Source: Patescibacteria group bacterium (GTDB taxonomy: Bacteria > Patescibacteriota > Microgenomatia > Woykebacterales > RBG-16-39-9b). From it: a stretch of DNA of 45,862 bases. Position 1 is the first letter of the stretch, and every line of letters starts with the position of its first letter. Position numbers and translations under genes: made by a program. The notes below the pieces were generated by a model that was not told the DNA's origin, did not search any database, and was given only the letters and a program-made list of their open reading frames with translations. Below, one piece after another: positions 12,412 to 20,935 of this stretch. The stretch spans positions 1-45,862 of the forward strand of contig JANWIZ010000036.1 in NCBI GenBank assembly GCA_025449635.1. The letters are read 5' to 3'.

Positions 12412-14691
12412 TTATTTTTTAGGTGACTTACGGAAGAACATTTTTCTACTTGAAGGTACACCAGGAGCAATTTCAGGTAATTTCTGTTCGAGTGAAACTG
12501 GAACAGAAAAACTAAACCTACTTCCTTTTCCAAGTTCAGATTCTACCCAAATTCTCCCTTTATGCATATCAACAATTGCTTTAGAAATGTAAAGTCCCAA
12601 TCCAGTACCTTTTGAGCCTTGTTCGAGTACTCCAGAAACTCGAAAGAACTTGGTAAACAATTTTGGTAAGGCTACACTTGGTATTCCCGGACCGGTATCG
12701 GCAACATGGGTAATAACTTCTTCTTTGTTAGATTCAAGACTGATTTCGACTGACCCGCCGGCAGGTGTGTAATTCAATGCATTGCTAACTAAGTTGGAAA
12801 CAACTTCGCTGATTCTAAATTTATCAACCAGAACAAAAGGTAGGGCAGATTTTGGCTTAACGTAAGTCAAAGTCACTTTACGCTCCTTTGCTTGCGGTAA
12901 AAAGTTACTAAAAGCTTCCTCTACAAGCGGCTCCCAAGGGGTGATTTGAGACTGAATTTGCAGAGAACCTCGCTCAATTCGAGAAACAGATAAAAGGTTC
13001 TCAACTAAAGCGGCTAATTGTGTACTTGAAATAAATGCTTTATCTAAGAACGAAACTAATTCTGGACTTAGTTGATCTTTGGTTTCTTCTTGTAAAACCG
13101 AAAGATAGCCTCGAATTGAAGTCAATGGGGTTCGAAGTTCATGAGCTGCCATCGAAACAAAATCCAACTTCATTTCCTCTAAGTCTTTTTCCTTAGAAAC
13201 ATCGTGCATTGTCACTATCGCCCCCAAATTTACACCCTCACTCTCGACTATATTGGCCGCAATAAGATTCACGTAAACAAGTTGCCCGTCGGATCTTTCT
13301 ATCTTGACCCCATTTCGGCTAAAAGTAACCATATCTTTTGACAATTGTTCTTTCGGAAAAAAGTATTCCATCAGAATTTTACCGTCATCATCATTTATGT
13401 TAAAGATTTCATCAGCCCTCTTTCCTAATACGTCACTTTCTCTAACATTGAAAATTTTCTCTGCTGCCTGATTAATAAAGGTAACAATCCCTTCTTTATC
13501 GACAACAAAAACACCCTCACTTACTCCAGAAAGTGTAATGCTTAATTTATTCCTTTCAGCGACGAGATTGTAAACCAATTTCTTCATTTCCCTCATATCA
13601 GCTGCCAGTAGGACAAAACCAACCAAAGAGCCAGATTCATCTTTGATTGGGGTTCCGGAAAGATTTACCGGGATTGTTTCTCCGGACTTTGAGGTAAATT
13701 CAAGTTCTAAACCATTAACGGCTTGCCCCGAACGAAGTTTTTCAACCAAATTCTTCTGAAAAGAAAGGGTAGTACTTTCACCCCTTAGTAAGGTTTCAAC
13801 GTTTCGATTGTAAAGTTCGTCATTTTTGAAACCAAACAAACGCTCTACAGTATCGTTAGTAAACTCAATTGTATTTCCTAAATTAAAAACAATTAAAGCT
13901 TCGTTCATTGTTCTGACTATATTTTCAAAGTGTGTTGCTGGATTAATGACGAACAATTTATACCGAAGAATTGAATAAGTTGCGAGTGCTCCCAAAACGC
14001 TAGTCAAAACAATTGCAAATCCGGGGATTCTAATATCATTAGTTAGACCTAGATTTATTATCGGTACAATAGCATCGGTTAGAGTCCCTCCTAATAAGGG
14101 GATCAAAAGTCCTACGATCAAAAACAACGTCTGCTTTTTGCGAATTTGGTCAGCCGTATGAAAATAAAACCTCACGAGAAAAACCAATGAGCTAATAAAA
14201 TAAAATTCTAGCCAAAGTATAAAAACTGGAAAAAATGATCCTAGATTTGAACTCCAACCCCAGGGAACTTTGTAGAAAGTGTCAATAGTATGAATTGAAA
14301 TAATATTTGTATTCCAAACGATGTAAAGGAAAATTATTGTCGGAGCATAGATTAAAAACTTTTTAATCAGACTGTCGACTAAGTACTCCTTACCCACAAA
14401 GGCCAAAGTAAAATTAAAAAAAGCAATCGACATAAAAACCCAACCAGGAGCTCCCACTGAAGACCAAAAATTGGCTCCCTCAGGATAAACGCTCAATCTA
14501 TTGAGAAATTCTCCAGTCCCCCATAAAACCAAGCAAAAAAGAAAAAAAGAAAACCAACGGTTAGCAGAATTTTGAATACCACGAGATAAAATCAAATAGA
14601 TCAAAAGTAAATTGCCAACTATACCAATCAATGAAAGAAGAGAATAAGGGTTAAATTGAAAACTAAGTACCTGAGCAGAAATAGGTATCAT
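12412..14691 (-). CDS. Sensor histidine kinase (N-terminal 7TM region, two PAS domains, HisKA, HATPase)
   Basis: About 7 hydrophobic helices, PAS-like repeats, AHELRTPLT H-box, NLVSNALNY, DTGPGI, GTGLGL. Confidence 0.92.
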   Translation of the reverse strand: MIPISAQVLSFQFNPYSLLSLIGIVGNLLLIYLILSRGIQNSANRWFSFFLFCLVLWGTGEFLNRLSVYPEGANFWSSVGAPGWVFMSIAFFNFTLAFVGKEYLVDSLIKKFLIYAPTIIFLYIVWNTNIISIHTIDTFYKVPWGWSSNLGSFFPVFILWLEFYFISSLVFLVRFYFHTADQIRKKQTLFLIVGLLIPLLGGTLTDAIVPIINLGLTNDIRIPGFAIVLTSVLGALATYSILRYKLFVINPATHFENIVRTMNEALIVFNLGNTIEFTNDTVERLFGFKNDELYNRNVETLLRGESTTLSFQKNLVEKLRSGQAVNGLELEFTSKSGETIPVNLSGTPIKDESGSLVGFVLLAADMREMKKLVYNLVAERNKLSITLSGVSEGVFVVDKEGIVTFINQAAEKIFNVRESDVLGKRADEIFNINDDDGKILMEYFFPKEQLSKDMVTFSRNGVKIERSDGQLVYVNLIAANIVESEGVNLGAIVTMHDVSKEKDLEEMKLDFVSMAAHELRTPLTSIRGYLSVLQEETKDQLSPELVSFLDKAFISSTQLAALVENLLSVSRIERGSLQIQSQITPWEPLVEEAFSNFLPQAKERKVTLTYVKPKSALPFVLVDKFRISEVVSNLVSNALNYTPAGGSVEISLESNKEEVITHVADTGPGIPSVALPKLFTKFFRVSGVLEQGSKGTGLGLYISKAIVDMHKGRIWVESELGKGSRFSFSVPVSLEQKLPEIAPGVPSSRKMFFRKSPKK

Positions 14692-14771
14692 TTAAGAAAA
14701 CAAAATTAACAGTAAAAACTGTTTTTAATTAATCTAAGCATATTGGTTTTTTGGGTCAAGGTCAAGAATTA

Positions 14772-16004
14772 TTAGTCAGAGAAGGGCAATTTTTTGGCCA
14801 AACTTAAGGCTGAATTTTTGGCTTCACTTTGCACCTTTTCATCGGCGGGGTTTTTTAGAACTGCTGAAATCAATTTTGCGACTAATTTCGTTTCCTCGGT
14901 ACTAAAACCTCTAGTTGTCAAAGTAGGTGTGCCCAAACGAACTCCAGAAGAAATATAAGGTTTACGTTTATCCCTAGGGACAACCTCACGATTGACAATA
15001 ATATTAACGCTCTCAAGTAGTTTTTCCGCCTCTTTTCCAGTCAATCCTGCCTCACCAAAATCAATGTTAAGTAAATGATTATCAGTCCCCCCTGAAACCA
15101 ACCTAAAACCCTCATTTTCCAATTCTTTAGCTAGTGTTTTGGCATTGTCCAAGACACTCAGAGAGTAAGTCTTGAACTCTGGTTTACTAGCCTCAAGAAA
15201 GGCAACTGCTTTGGCAGCAATTATATTTTCAAGCGGACCACCCTGAATTCCCGGAAAAAGCATTTTATCGATGGTTTCACCAAATTCCTCTTTGCAAATA
15301 ATCAATCCGCCTCGAGGACCCCTGAGTGTTTTGTGAGTAGAGCTAGTAACGAAATGGGCGTAGGGGATGGGTGAAGGGATCACTCCGGCTGCTACAAGTC
15401 CAGCGATGTGAGCCATATCAACCAAAAGCAAAGCACCAACATTATCTGCAATTTCTCGAAAGACTTTATAATCGATTAATCGACTGTAGGCTGAAGCACC
15501 CGCAACGATTAGTTTTGGTTTCTCTCTTTTTGCTATTTTTTCAAGCTCATCATAGTCGAGTAGTTCGGTTTCAAGATTCACTCCGTACTGAGCGAAACGA
15601 AAGACTTTTCCAGAAATACTCATTGGAGATCCGTGGGAAAGATGTCCTCCCGCTTGTAAATTCATAGCAAGAGCAGTTTCCCCGGGCTCCATTACAGAAA
15701 AATATACTGCTAAGTTTGGATTGGTACCAGAGTAGGGCTGTACATTAACATGTTCAGCAGAGAAGAGTTTCTTGGCCCGATCAATTGCCAATTGCTCAAC
15801 CTCATCAACTAAACCAGTACCACCATAGTAACGTTTACGTGGGTAACCTTCAGCATACTTATTGGTTAAAGAGGAAGCAGTTGCTTCTCGAACTGCTCTA
15901 GAAACATGATTTTCTGAAGCAACAAGGTTTAGCGTTTCATTCTGTCTTAGCTCTTCGCGATCAATAATTTTGGAAAGTTCTTTATCTTGATCAGCTAAAT
16001 TCAT
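14772..16004 (-). CDS. glyA: Serine hydroxymethyltransferase
   Basis: LVASEN, NKYAEGYP, GGHLSHG, SSTHKTLRGPRGG PLP-lysine motif. Confidence 0.97.
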   Translation of the reverse strand: MNLADQDKELSKIIDREELRQNETLNLVASENHVSRAVREATASSLTNKYAEGYPRKRYYGGTGLVDEVEQLAIDRAKKLFSAEHVNVQPYSGTNPNLAVYFSVMEPGETALAMNLQAGGHLSHGSPMSISGKVFRFAQYGVNLETELLDYDELEKIAKREKPKLIVAGASAYSRLIDYKVFREIADNVGALLLVDMAHIAGLVAAGVIPSPIPYAHFVTSSTHKTLRGPRGGLIICKEEFGETIDKMLFPGIQGGPLENIIAAKAVAFLEASKPEFKTYSLSVLDNAKTLAKELENEGFRLVSGGTDNHLLNIDFGEAGLTGKEAEKLLESVNIIVNREVVPRDKRKPYISSGVRLGTPTLTTRGFSTEETKLVAKLISAVLKNPADEKVQSEAKNSALSLAKKLPFSD

Positions 16005-16079
16005 AGTTTCCCCATGTTAATAGAAAGATAGGCTAATTTCAACTAATTAAGATCCTTATACCAGAGTGAGCGCAAAGCT

Positions 16080-17003
16080 TTATAAATCTTTATTTCCGCT
16101 GTGAAAAGCTTTATGAACATCTTTTAGATGCTTATTGGTTATATGGGTGTAAATCTGAGTTGTCGAAATATTGGCATGACCTAACATTTCCTGAACGCTA
16201 CGAATATCAGCTCCGTTAATTAACAAATCAGTTGCAAAAGAATGCCTTAAAGTGTGTGGGGAGGCCTTGATTGGGATCTGAGCTTTGCGAACATATTTGT
16301 CTAAAACCCTTTCGACCGATCGCACTGATAAACGCATTTTTTCTCCGTTTTTACTGGGATCCTCTTTACCTGAATACCGAATGAAAAGTGGGTTATAGCG
16401 ATCTTTTCGCTGCGAAAAGTAACGATCAATCCACTCTGCTGCTGTATCAGAGATAAAAACAACTCGTTCCTTTCCTCCTTTACCGACGATTCCAAACTCA
16501 CGCCTTTCAAGATTGATTTTGTCGCGGTTTATTTTCGTCAATTCACTCACTCGCAAACCAGTTGAAAATAAGGTTTCCAGTATTGCTTTATCTCGCAAAC
16601 CGTCAATCTTAGATATATCTGGAGCAGAAAGTAGGCGGGAAAGTTGATCGTTGTCCAAAACTTTAATCGGTCTGGGATCTTGATCTCCAAGTTCGATTTT
16701 CTCAGGAGCGAGGGTTTCGATGTCATTTTTAGCCAGATAACGCAAAAAAGCTCGCAATGCAATCACAAAGTAGTTTTGGGTAACTTTTTTCAAAGACAGG
16801 CCAGTTTTTTCATCAACATAACGCGCTAGGTAAACACGGTACTTTCTAACCAGATCTTGTTTTATTTCCTTGGGATCTATGTCACCAGCAAAACCCAAAA
16901 ATCGCTGTAGATAATGATGGTAGTTACGAATTGTCAGCTGCGAAGCGTTTTTCTCAACTTCGAGATGTTCGAGAAAATCAGTGATGAGTTTGGACAGAGT
17001 CAT
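16080..17003 (-). CDS. XerC/XerD-family tyrosine recombinase
   Basis: N-terminal SAM-like domain, TGLRVSEL, GKGGKER, HTLRHSFAT, LGH..STTQIYTH; promoter TTGCTT-17-TAAGAT ends 6 nt before the ATG. Confidence 0.93.
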   Translation of the reverse strand: MTLSKLITDFLEHLEVEKNASQLTIRNYHHYLQRFLGFAGDIDPKEIKQDLVRKYRVYLARYVDEKTGLSLKKVTQNYFVIALRAFLRYLAKNDIETLAPEKIELGDQDPRPIKVLDNDQLSRLLSAPDISKIDGLRDKAILETLFSTGLRVSELTKINRDKINLERREFGIVGKGGKERVVFISDTAAEWIDRYFSQRKDRYNPLFIRYSGKEDPSKNGEKMRLSVRSVERVLDKYVRKAQIPIKASPHTLRHSFATDLLINGADIRSVQEMLGHANISTTQIYTHITNKHLKDVHKAFHSGNKDL

Positions 17004-17063
17004 AGATAAATCTTAATTGAAACAAAGCTAAAAAGCAAATATTGTACGACGTGACATTATTTA

Positions 17064-17110
17064 CAAAAGGGAAGATCGCGATGGTCACTGTTAGGTGGTC
17101 GCGATCTTTT
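17064..17110 (-). terminator. Intrinsic terminator of the zinc-finger gene
   Basis: AAGATCGCGA...TCGCGATCTT inverted repeat followed by CCCTTTTG on the - strand. Confidence 0.6.
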
Positions 17111-17363
17111 GGGTTTTGCCGCAAACTGGACAAGTGTTGTAACCTTCTCCCTCTGGAAATGGTCCGCCACAGTCTGGGCAACGCTTTTCGGATGGGGGAG
17201 TCCAGGGCAACCGCTGGGTTTTAACCTTTGGTCTTACTGTCGACTCCACCTCACTGCAGTCGTGATCTTCGATGTGTTCCTTACAGAACCGTCGATCACA
17301 CTTGCTACAGTATTGATCAGAGCGGTAAGGAAGATCCTTATCGCACTTAGCACATTCGTACAA
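17091..17363 (-). CDS. Small double zinc-finger protein (AN1-like finger plus C4 zinc ribbon)
   Basis: CAKC-x11-CSKC-x4-CKEH-x3-HDC, then CPDC...CPVC; SD AAGGAG before a TTG start; own terminator. Confidence 0.75.
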   Translation of the reverse strand: MYECAKCDKDLPYRSDQYCSKCDRRFCKEHIEDHDCSEVESTVRPKVKTQRLPWTPPSEKRCPDCGGPFPEGEGYNTCPVCGKTQKIATT

Positions 17364-17506
17364 TGGATAACTCCTTAACTACGCTCTATTTTTTATAGTA
17401 TAGCATATTTTAGCTTCAATTGCAACCCTATAGTCAATTAATTACTAATTTACTTGTACCTTACCTATATAATTAATCAGTACTTTAAAAAGGAGGCTAA
17501 TAGTCA

Positions 17507-18598
17507 ATGGCGAGAAAGTTGCGACTTTCTGTTTCTGGTATGAAGACTTATTTGACTTGTGCCCGTCGATACTTCTACTACCGACATCCAGATATTCCCA
17601 ATCATACAGATTACCCAAGACTTCTAGGCATTGCTGTTCACAAGCACATAGCTCAGCTTTATCGACCAACTAAAGATCCAAGACCGTTTTACTATCGCAG
17701 TGAGCAGTCTTACAGGGGAGCGTGGTTCAATCGCTGGAAAAGAGAATTGGACGAAGCAGTTGAAAGTGAGCGTCTGCTGGCTCGAACTACTGAGTTAGAT
17801 GATGAGTTTGGACGAATAGGGGCAATCTGCATCGATAAGTATTGGGAAACAAATATTACTCTGTCACGACCCTTGCAAGTCGAGCAAAGATTTGAACATT
17901 CTTTCAACCCAACTCTTAGCTTGATTGGTGTAATGGATCAAGTCCGTACAGTTCCAATAAAGTATATCGAAAAGCACCGACCGGAACTAATAACTAACGG
18001 CCAACTTCACCCTGACTATGACCCAGTTGCGATTGTTGATCTCAAAACCAATCAGTATGATTTTGATACAGAACGGCTAAAGGATCCAACCGAATCTGAA
18101 AAGATGCGGTCGCAATACAATCTTCACGAAGATTTGCAGGCAACGGCTTACACCTTTCTTTATCAACAAGCGACAGGGAAAAAACCGATCGGGTTTATCT
18201 GGTATCACCTACGAAGCGGTTCAACTTTTTTCACTTTTCGTGATGAAAGTGACTTTTTGAACTTGTTCTTGGTAATTGATCACGTGGTGGACAACCTGCA
18301 AGCTCAGTCTTTTCCAAAGAATTCGACTGACAACAACTGTTTCCACTGTGACTTTGTTCGTGAATGCTGGGAAAAGAATATTTTTCCAATCTCAGCGGCA
18401 GAAAAATTGTCAGGAGAACTTGTTGGCGCAGATTTTATTCCAAATCTTATCGAGGTTGATCCAGTTATACAGAAACGAATGAAACTCAAAATCCCCCGAA
18501 TAGTCCGCCCAGAACCTGAAACACCTAGCAGTAAAGTTTCAGTCTTACGTAACCTTCCCTGGAGAGAGGAAAGCAGTACTTTAGTAACAGCCGAGTAA
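17507..18598 (+). CDS. PD-(D/E)XK nuclease, RecB/AddB/Cas4-like, with a predicted 4Fe-4S site
   Basis: LSVS..TYLTC, GIAVH, E..F, GVMD, IVDLKT, QATAY, C-terminal CFHCDFVREC; SD AAGGAGG. Confidence 0.88.
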   Translation: MARKLRLSVSGMKTYLTCARRYFYYRHPDIPNHTDYPRLLGIAVHKHIAQLYRPTKDPRPFYYRSEQSYRGAWFNRWKRELDEAVESERLLARTTELDDEFGRIGAICIDKYWETNITLSRPLQVEQRFEHSFNPTLSLIGVMDQVRTVPIKYIEKHRPELITNGQLHPDYDPVAIVDLKTNQYDFDTERLKDPTESEKMRSQYNLHEDLQATAYTFLYQQATGKKPIGFIWYHLRSGSTFFTFRDESDFLNLFLVIDHVVDNLQAQSFPKNSTDNNCFHCDFVRECWEKNIFPISAAEKLSGELVGADFIPNLIEVDPVIQKRMKLKIPRIVRPEPETPSSKVSVLRNLPWREESSTLVTAE

Positions 18599-18621
18599 AT
18601 AACATCCTCGGCTTTTTCTTT
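18589..18621 (+). terminator. Intrinsic terminator
   Basis: AGCCGAG...CTCGGCT followed by TTTTCTTT. Confidence 0.7.
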
Positions 18622-18658
18622 GCAAAAAAAGTACTCCGTTTGTATAATCGCTGCACCA

Positions 18659-19228
18659 ATGTCAATTTTTAATTATTTGCTCAACCGCAACCTTGCTCAT
18701 GTTCGCCGCTTTAACAATCGCCCGATGACATTCGGTGAGTCAGTTGCCGAACACTCCTACTACGTAGCTCACTTTGTCCAATTGATCTGCTTCCTTCTGG
18801 AAAAAAAGAAAATAAAAATAGATTCAAAAAAAACGATTGCTATGGCTTTGATTCACGACAGCGAGGAAGGTTTTTCTGGTGATATCCTCAACCCTTTTAA
18901 ACATTTTAATAAAAAAATCGCCGACGCTATTCACGAGGTTAACAAAGAAACAATTCATTTGATGTTTGAGGATTTACCAAAAGACATTTCCGGTAACTTT
19001 ATTGGCTTGTGGCAGGAAGAGCAAAAACGAGAATCGATTGAAAGCCAAGTAGTCAAAGTGGCTGATAGTTTGTCTTTGATTTCAAAATGTTATGAAGAAA
19101 TTGAAGTGGGCAACCATTTTTTTCATGAAATTTACAAAAGAGAGCTTAAAAATCTCAAGAATCTCGATTATTCGTGGTGGAAAAAAATAAAATCCCAAAT
19201 CCTTAACAAAGCAGAGACCGTAATTTAA
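18659..19228 (+). CDS. HD-domain 5'-deoxynucleotidase (YfbR-like)
   Basis: LAHVRRF, ESVAEHSY, ALIHDSEE..GDI, VKVAD; promoter TTGCAA-17-TATAAT (18620-18648) places the start at ATG 18659. Confidence 0.88.
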   Translation: MSIFNYLLNRNLAHVRRFNNRPMTFGESVAEHSYYVAHFVQLICFLLEKKKIKIDSKKTIAMALIHDSEEGFSGDILNPFKHFNKKIADAIHEVNKETIHLMFEDLPKDISGNFIGLWQEEQKRESIESQVVKVADSLSLISKCYEEIEVGNHFFHEIYKRELKNLKNLDYSWWKKIKSQILNKAETVI

Positions 19229-19284
19229 CCGAATAATTATTCACTATAACTAGATAATTTTTCTTTTTTTGAACCGCTTATAGG

Positions 19285-19313
19285 TTGACAAAATCCTCTT
19301 CTCGGAGTAATAT
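19285..19313 (+). promoter_or_regulatory. Sigma70 promoter for candidate ncRNA-1
   Basis: TTGACA (19285-90), 17 bp, TAATAT (19308-13); predicted TSS ~19320 coincides with the first base of the first helix. Confidence 0.8.
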
Positions 19314-19319
19314 GCTCGA

Positions 19320-19653
19320 GCACGTTTGATCTCGCAGGCAAATGATCAACACTAACAACTGGACGGGGAAGTCCTGCACAGGGAGAGATCGACATGACGT
19401 GTGACGCTGGCGGTGGAAGTGGCTGACCAACGCGGGTGAAGGGAAGTGAAAGCTTTCACCGCCAGCACCTTATGCCGGACTGCGAGGAAGCGCGCGAAGA
19501 GCGACTGAGACATTATCCCCCTCATGTTCTCGCAGCCCGGCACCAACTTGATAATTTCAATTGGGGAGGGGTGTTAGCGGTAGAAGACCAAAGTCATGGA
19601 AAACTGGGAAAGCTCATGACGATGGAGTACTCTTCTACCGCTTTATTTTTTTT
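19320..19653 (+). ncRNA. Candidate large structured ncRNA-1 (~330 nt, family unknown)
   Basis: Helices 19320-33/19385-402, 19406-20/19452-66 (15 bp), 19473-88/19527-42, 19576-87/19631-42 (12 bp), then a U-tract; G-U pairs on + only; no credible long ORF. Confidence 0.75.
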
Positions 19654-20821
19654 CAAGCAGCATAAGAGACGCTGGAATTACAGCGCTTTTGCCAAAACGT
19701 GCTTTCAGTTGATCGATTCGTTTTTCCAAACCCAATCTTTTTTCCCGAACTTCGTCAAATAGTGACGGTTGCACTGTTTCTCCAAACTGAGTCAGGCCGA
19801 TGCCTACCAAACGCAGTGGGGTAGAGCTATCCCACAACTCTTTTAACAAGATTTCCCCAAGATCATAAATTTCCTTAGTGATGTTTGTCGGTGTTTCCAA
19901 AACCCGCTGTCGACTGACAAACCGAAAATCTTTATACCGAATTGTCACATGAACTGTCCGACCAAAATACCCATGTTCTCGAGCTTCTTGCCCAACACTT
20001 TCGGTAAGTTTTCGTAGCATCGCTAGGATGAAAGCCTCGTCCGGATTGTCTTTATAAAAAGTTTCACTACGAGAAATAGATTTCACCTCAACTCGAGGAC
20101 TAAACCAAACATTGTCCACACCATTGGCAGCTTCCCAAAGATTGATGGCAAACTTGCCCCAAGCTTTGATTTTTTCATAATCAACTCTTGCCAACTCTCC
20201 CAATGTTCTGACTCCAAGACGCTGAAAATACTCTTCCATCTTCCGTCCAATACCAGGTAAATCACGCAGCGGTAGGGGAGCGAGAAAAGCTTTTTCTGTT
20301 CCCACAGGCACGTAAGTAAAACCATCCGGCTTGCGGAAGTCACTAGCAACTTTGGCAGCCACTTTGGTCGCAGCCAAACCGATCGAAGCGGTAATACCAA
20401 TTTCATTTTTAATGTCAGAGCGAATTTTCTCAGCTACGATTTTTAAGTCTGGGTAAAGAATTTCAGTGTTAGAAAAATCCAAGAAGGCTTCGTCAATGCC
20501 AACTTGCTCAACTCTAGGTGCGTAACGAGCAGCAATCTCCATCACTGCCTCTGAAGCTTCGATATACTCCGCAAAGTGCCCTCCAACAACGACTGCAGAG
20601 GGACAAAGTCTCAAGGCTTGATAAACTGGCATTCCGCTTTTACAACCAAAAGCTCTGGCTTCATAAGAAGCAGTTGCGATCACACCTCGGGGAACATTTT
20701 TCCCTTGAGGATTGACTCCACCAACCAAAACTGGTTTACCTTTCAACGTTGGGTCAAGCTTGATTTCAACAGCTGCAAAAAAACAGTCCATATCCAAATG
20801 CATCCAAGAAGAACGTAACAT
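19643..20821 (-). CDS. dinB: DNA polymerase IV (Y family)
   Basis: HLDMDCFFAAVE, ASYEARAFG, GIDEAFLD, AKVASDFRKPDG, LRLVGIG; ATG at 20821 follows a TTGACA/TATTAT promoter. Confidence 0.95.
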   Translation of the reverse strand: MLRSSWMHLDMDCFFAAVEIKLDPTLKGKPVLVGGVNPQGKNVPRGVIATASYEARAFGCKSGMPVYQALRLCPSAVVVGGHFAEYIEASEAVMEIAARYAPRVEQVGIDEAFLDFSNTEILYPDLKIVAEKIRSDIKNEIGITASIGLAATKVAAKVASDFRKPDGFTYVPVGTEKAFLAPLPLRDLPGIGRKMEEYFQRLGVRTLGELARVDYEKIKAWGKFAINLWEAANGVDNVWFSPRVEVKSISRSETFYKDNPDEAFILAMLRKLTESVGQEAREHGYFGRTVHVTIRYKDFRFVSRQRVLETPTNITKEIYDLGEILLKELWDSSTPLRLVGIGLTQFGETVQPSLFDEVREKRLGLEKRIDQLKARFGKSAVIPASLMLLEKK

Positions 20822-20833
20822 ACTATATAATAG

Positions 20834-20849
20834 CCGAAAGTTAACCGAA
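20834..20849 (-). promoter_or_regulatory. Direct-repeat operator TTCGG-N6-TTCGG in the dinB promoter (putative LexA/SOS box)
   Basis: - strand TTCGG TTAACT TTCGG between -35 TTGACA (20857-52) and -10 TATTAT (20832-27). Confidence 0.65.
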
Positions 20850-20876
20850 GATGTCAATTGGGACAAACTGTATCAG

Positions 20877-20922
20877 AAAAGAAAAAACCCGAGGAACTTA
20901 CTAAGTCCATAACGGGTCTTTT
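20877..20922 (-). terminator. Intrinsic terminator of desaturase 1
   Basis: - strand GACCCG..GGAC TTAGTAAG TTCCTCGGGT followed by TTTTTCTTTT. Confidence 0.7.
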
Positions 20923-20935
20923 GACAATCTCTCAA

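Noticed and set aside
16080-17003. Prophage or island integrase
   Set aside because: Length and motifs match chromosomal Xer recombinases; no tRNA att site, flanking direct repeats or phage structural genes were seen
17507-18598. CRISPR-Cas locus suggested by the Cas4-like nuclease
   Set aside because: No repeat-spacer array and no cas1/cas2 in the window
19320-19653. RNase P RNA identity for ncRNA-1 (GGGGAAGTCC resembles GAGGAAAGTCC; CCCGGC present downstream)
   Set aside because: No 5'-3' closing P1 helix and no ACAGAA...GGCTTA CR-V region; both segments are paired in local helices
19352-19762. ORFs 19436-19762 (+) and 19352-19546 (-)
   Set aside because: No recognisable motifs; the + ORF runs through the terminator into antisense dinB. 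RNA structure explains the region better.
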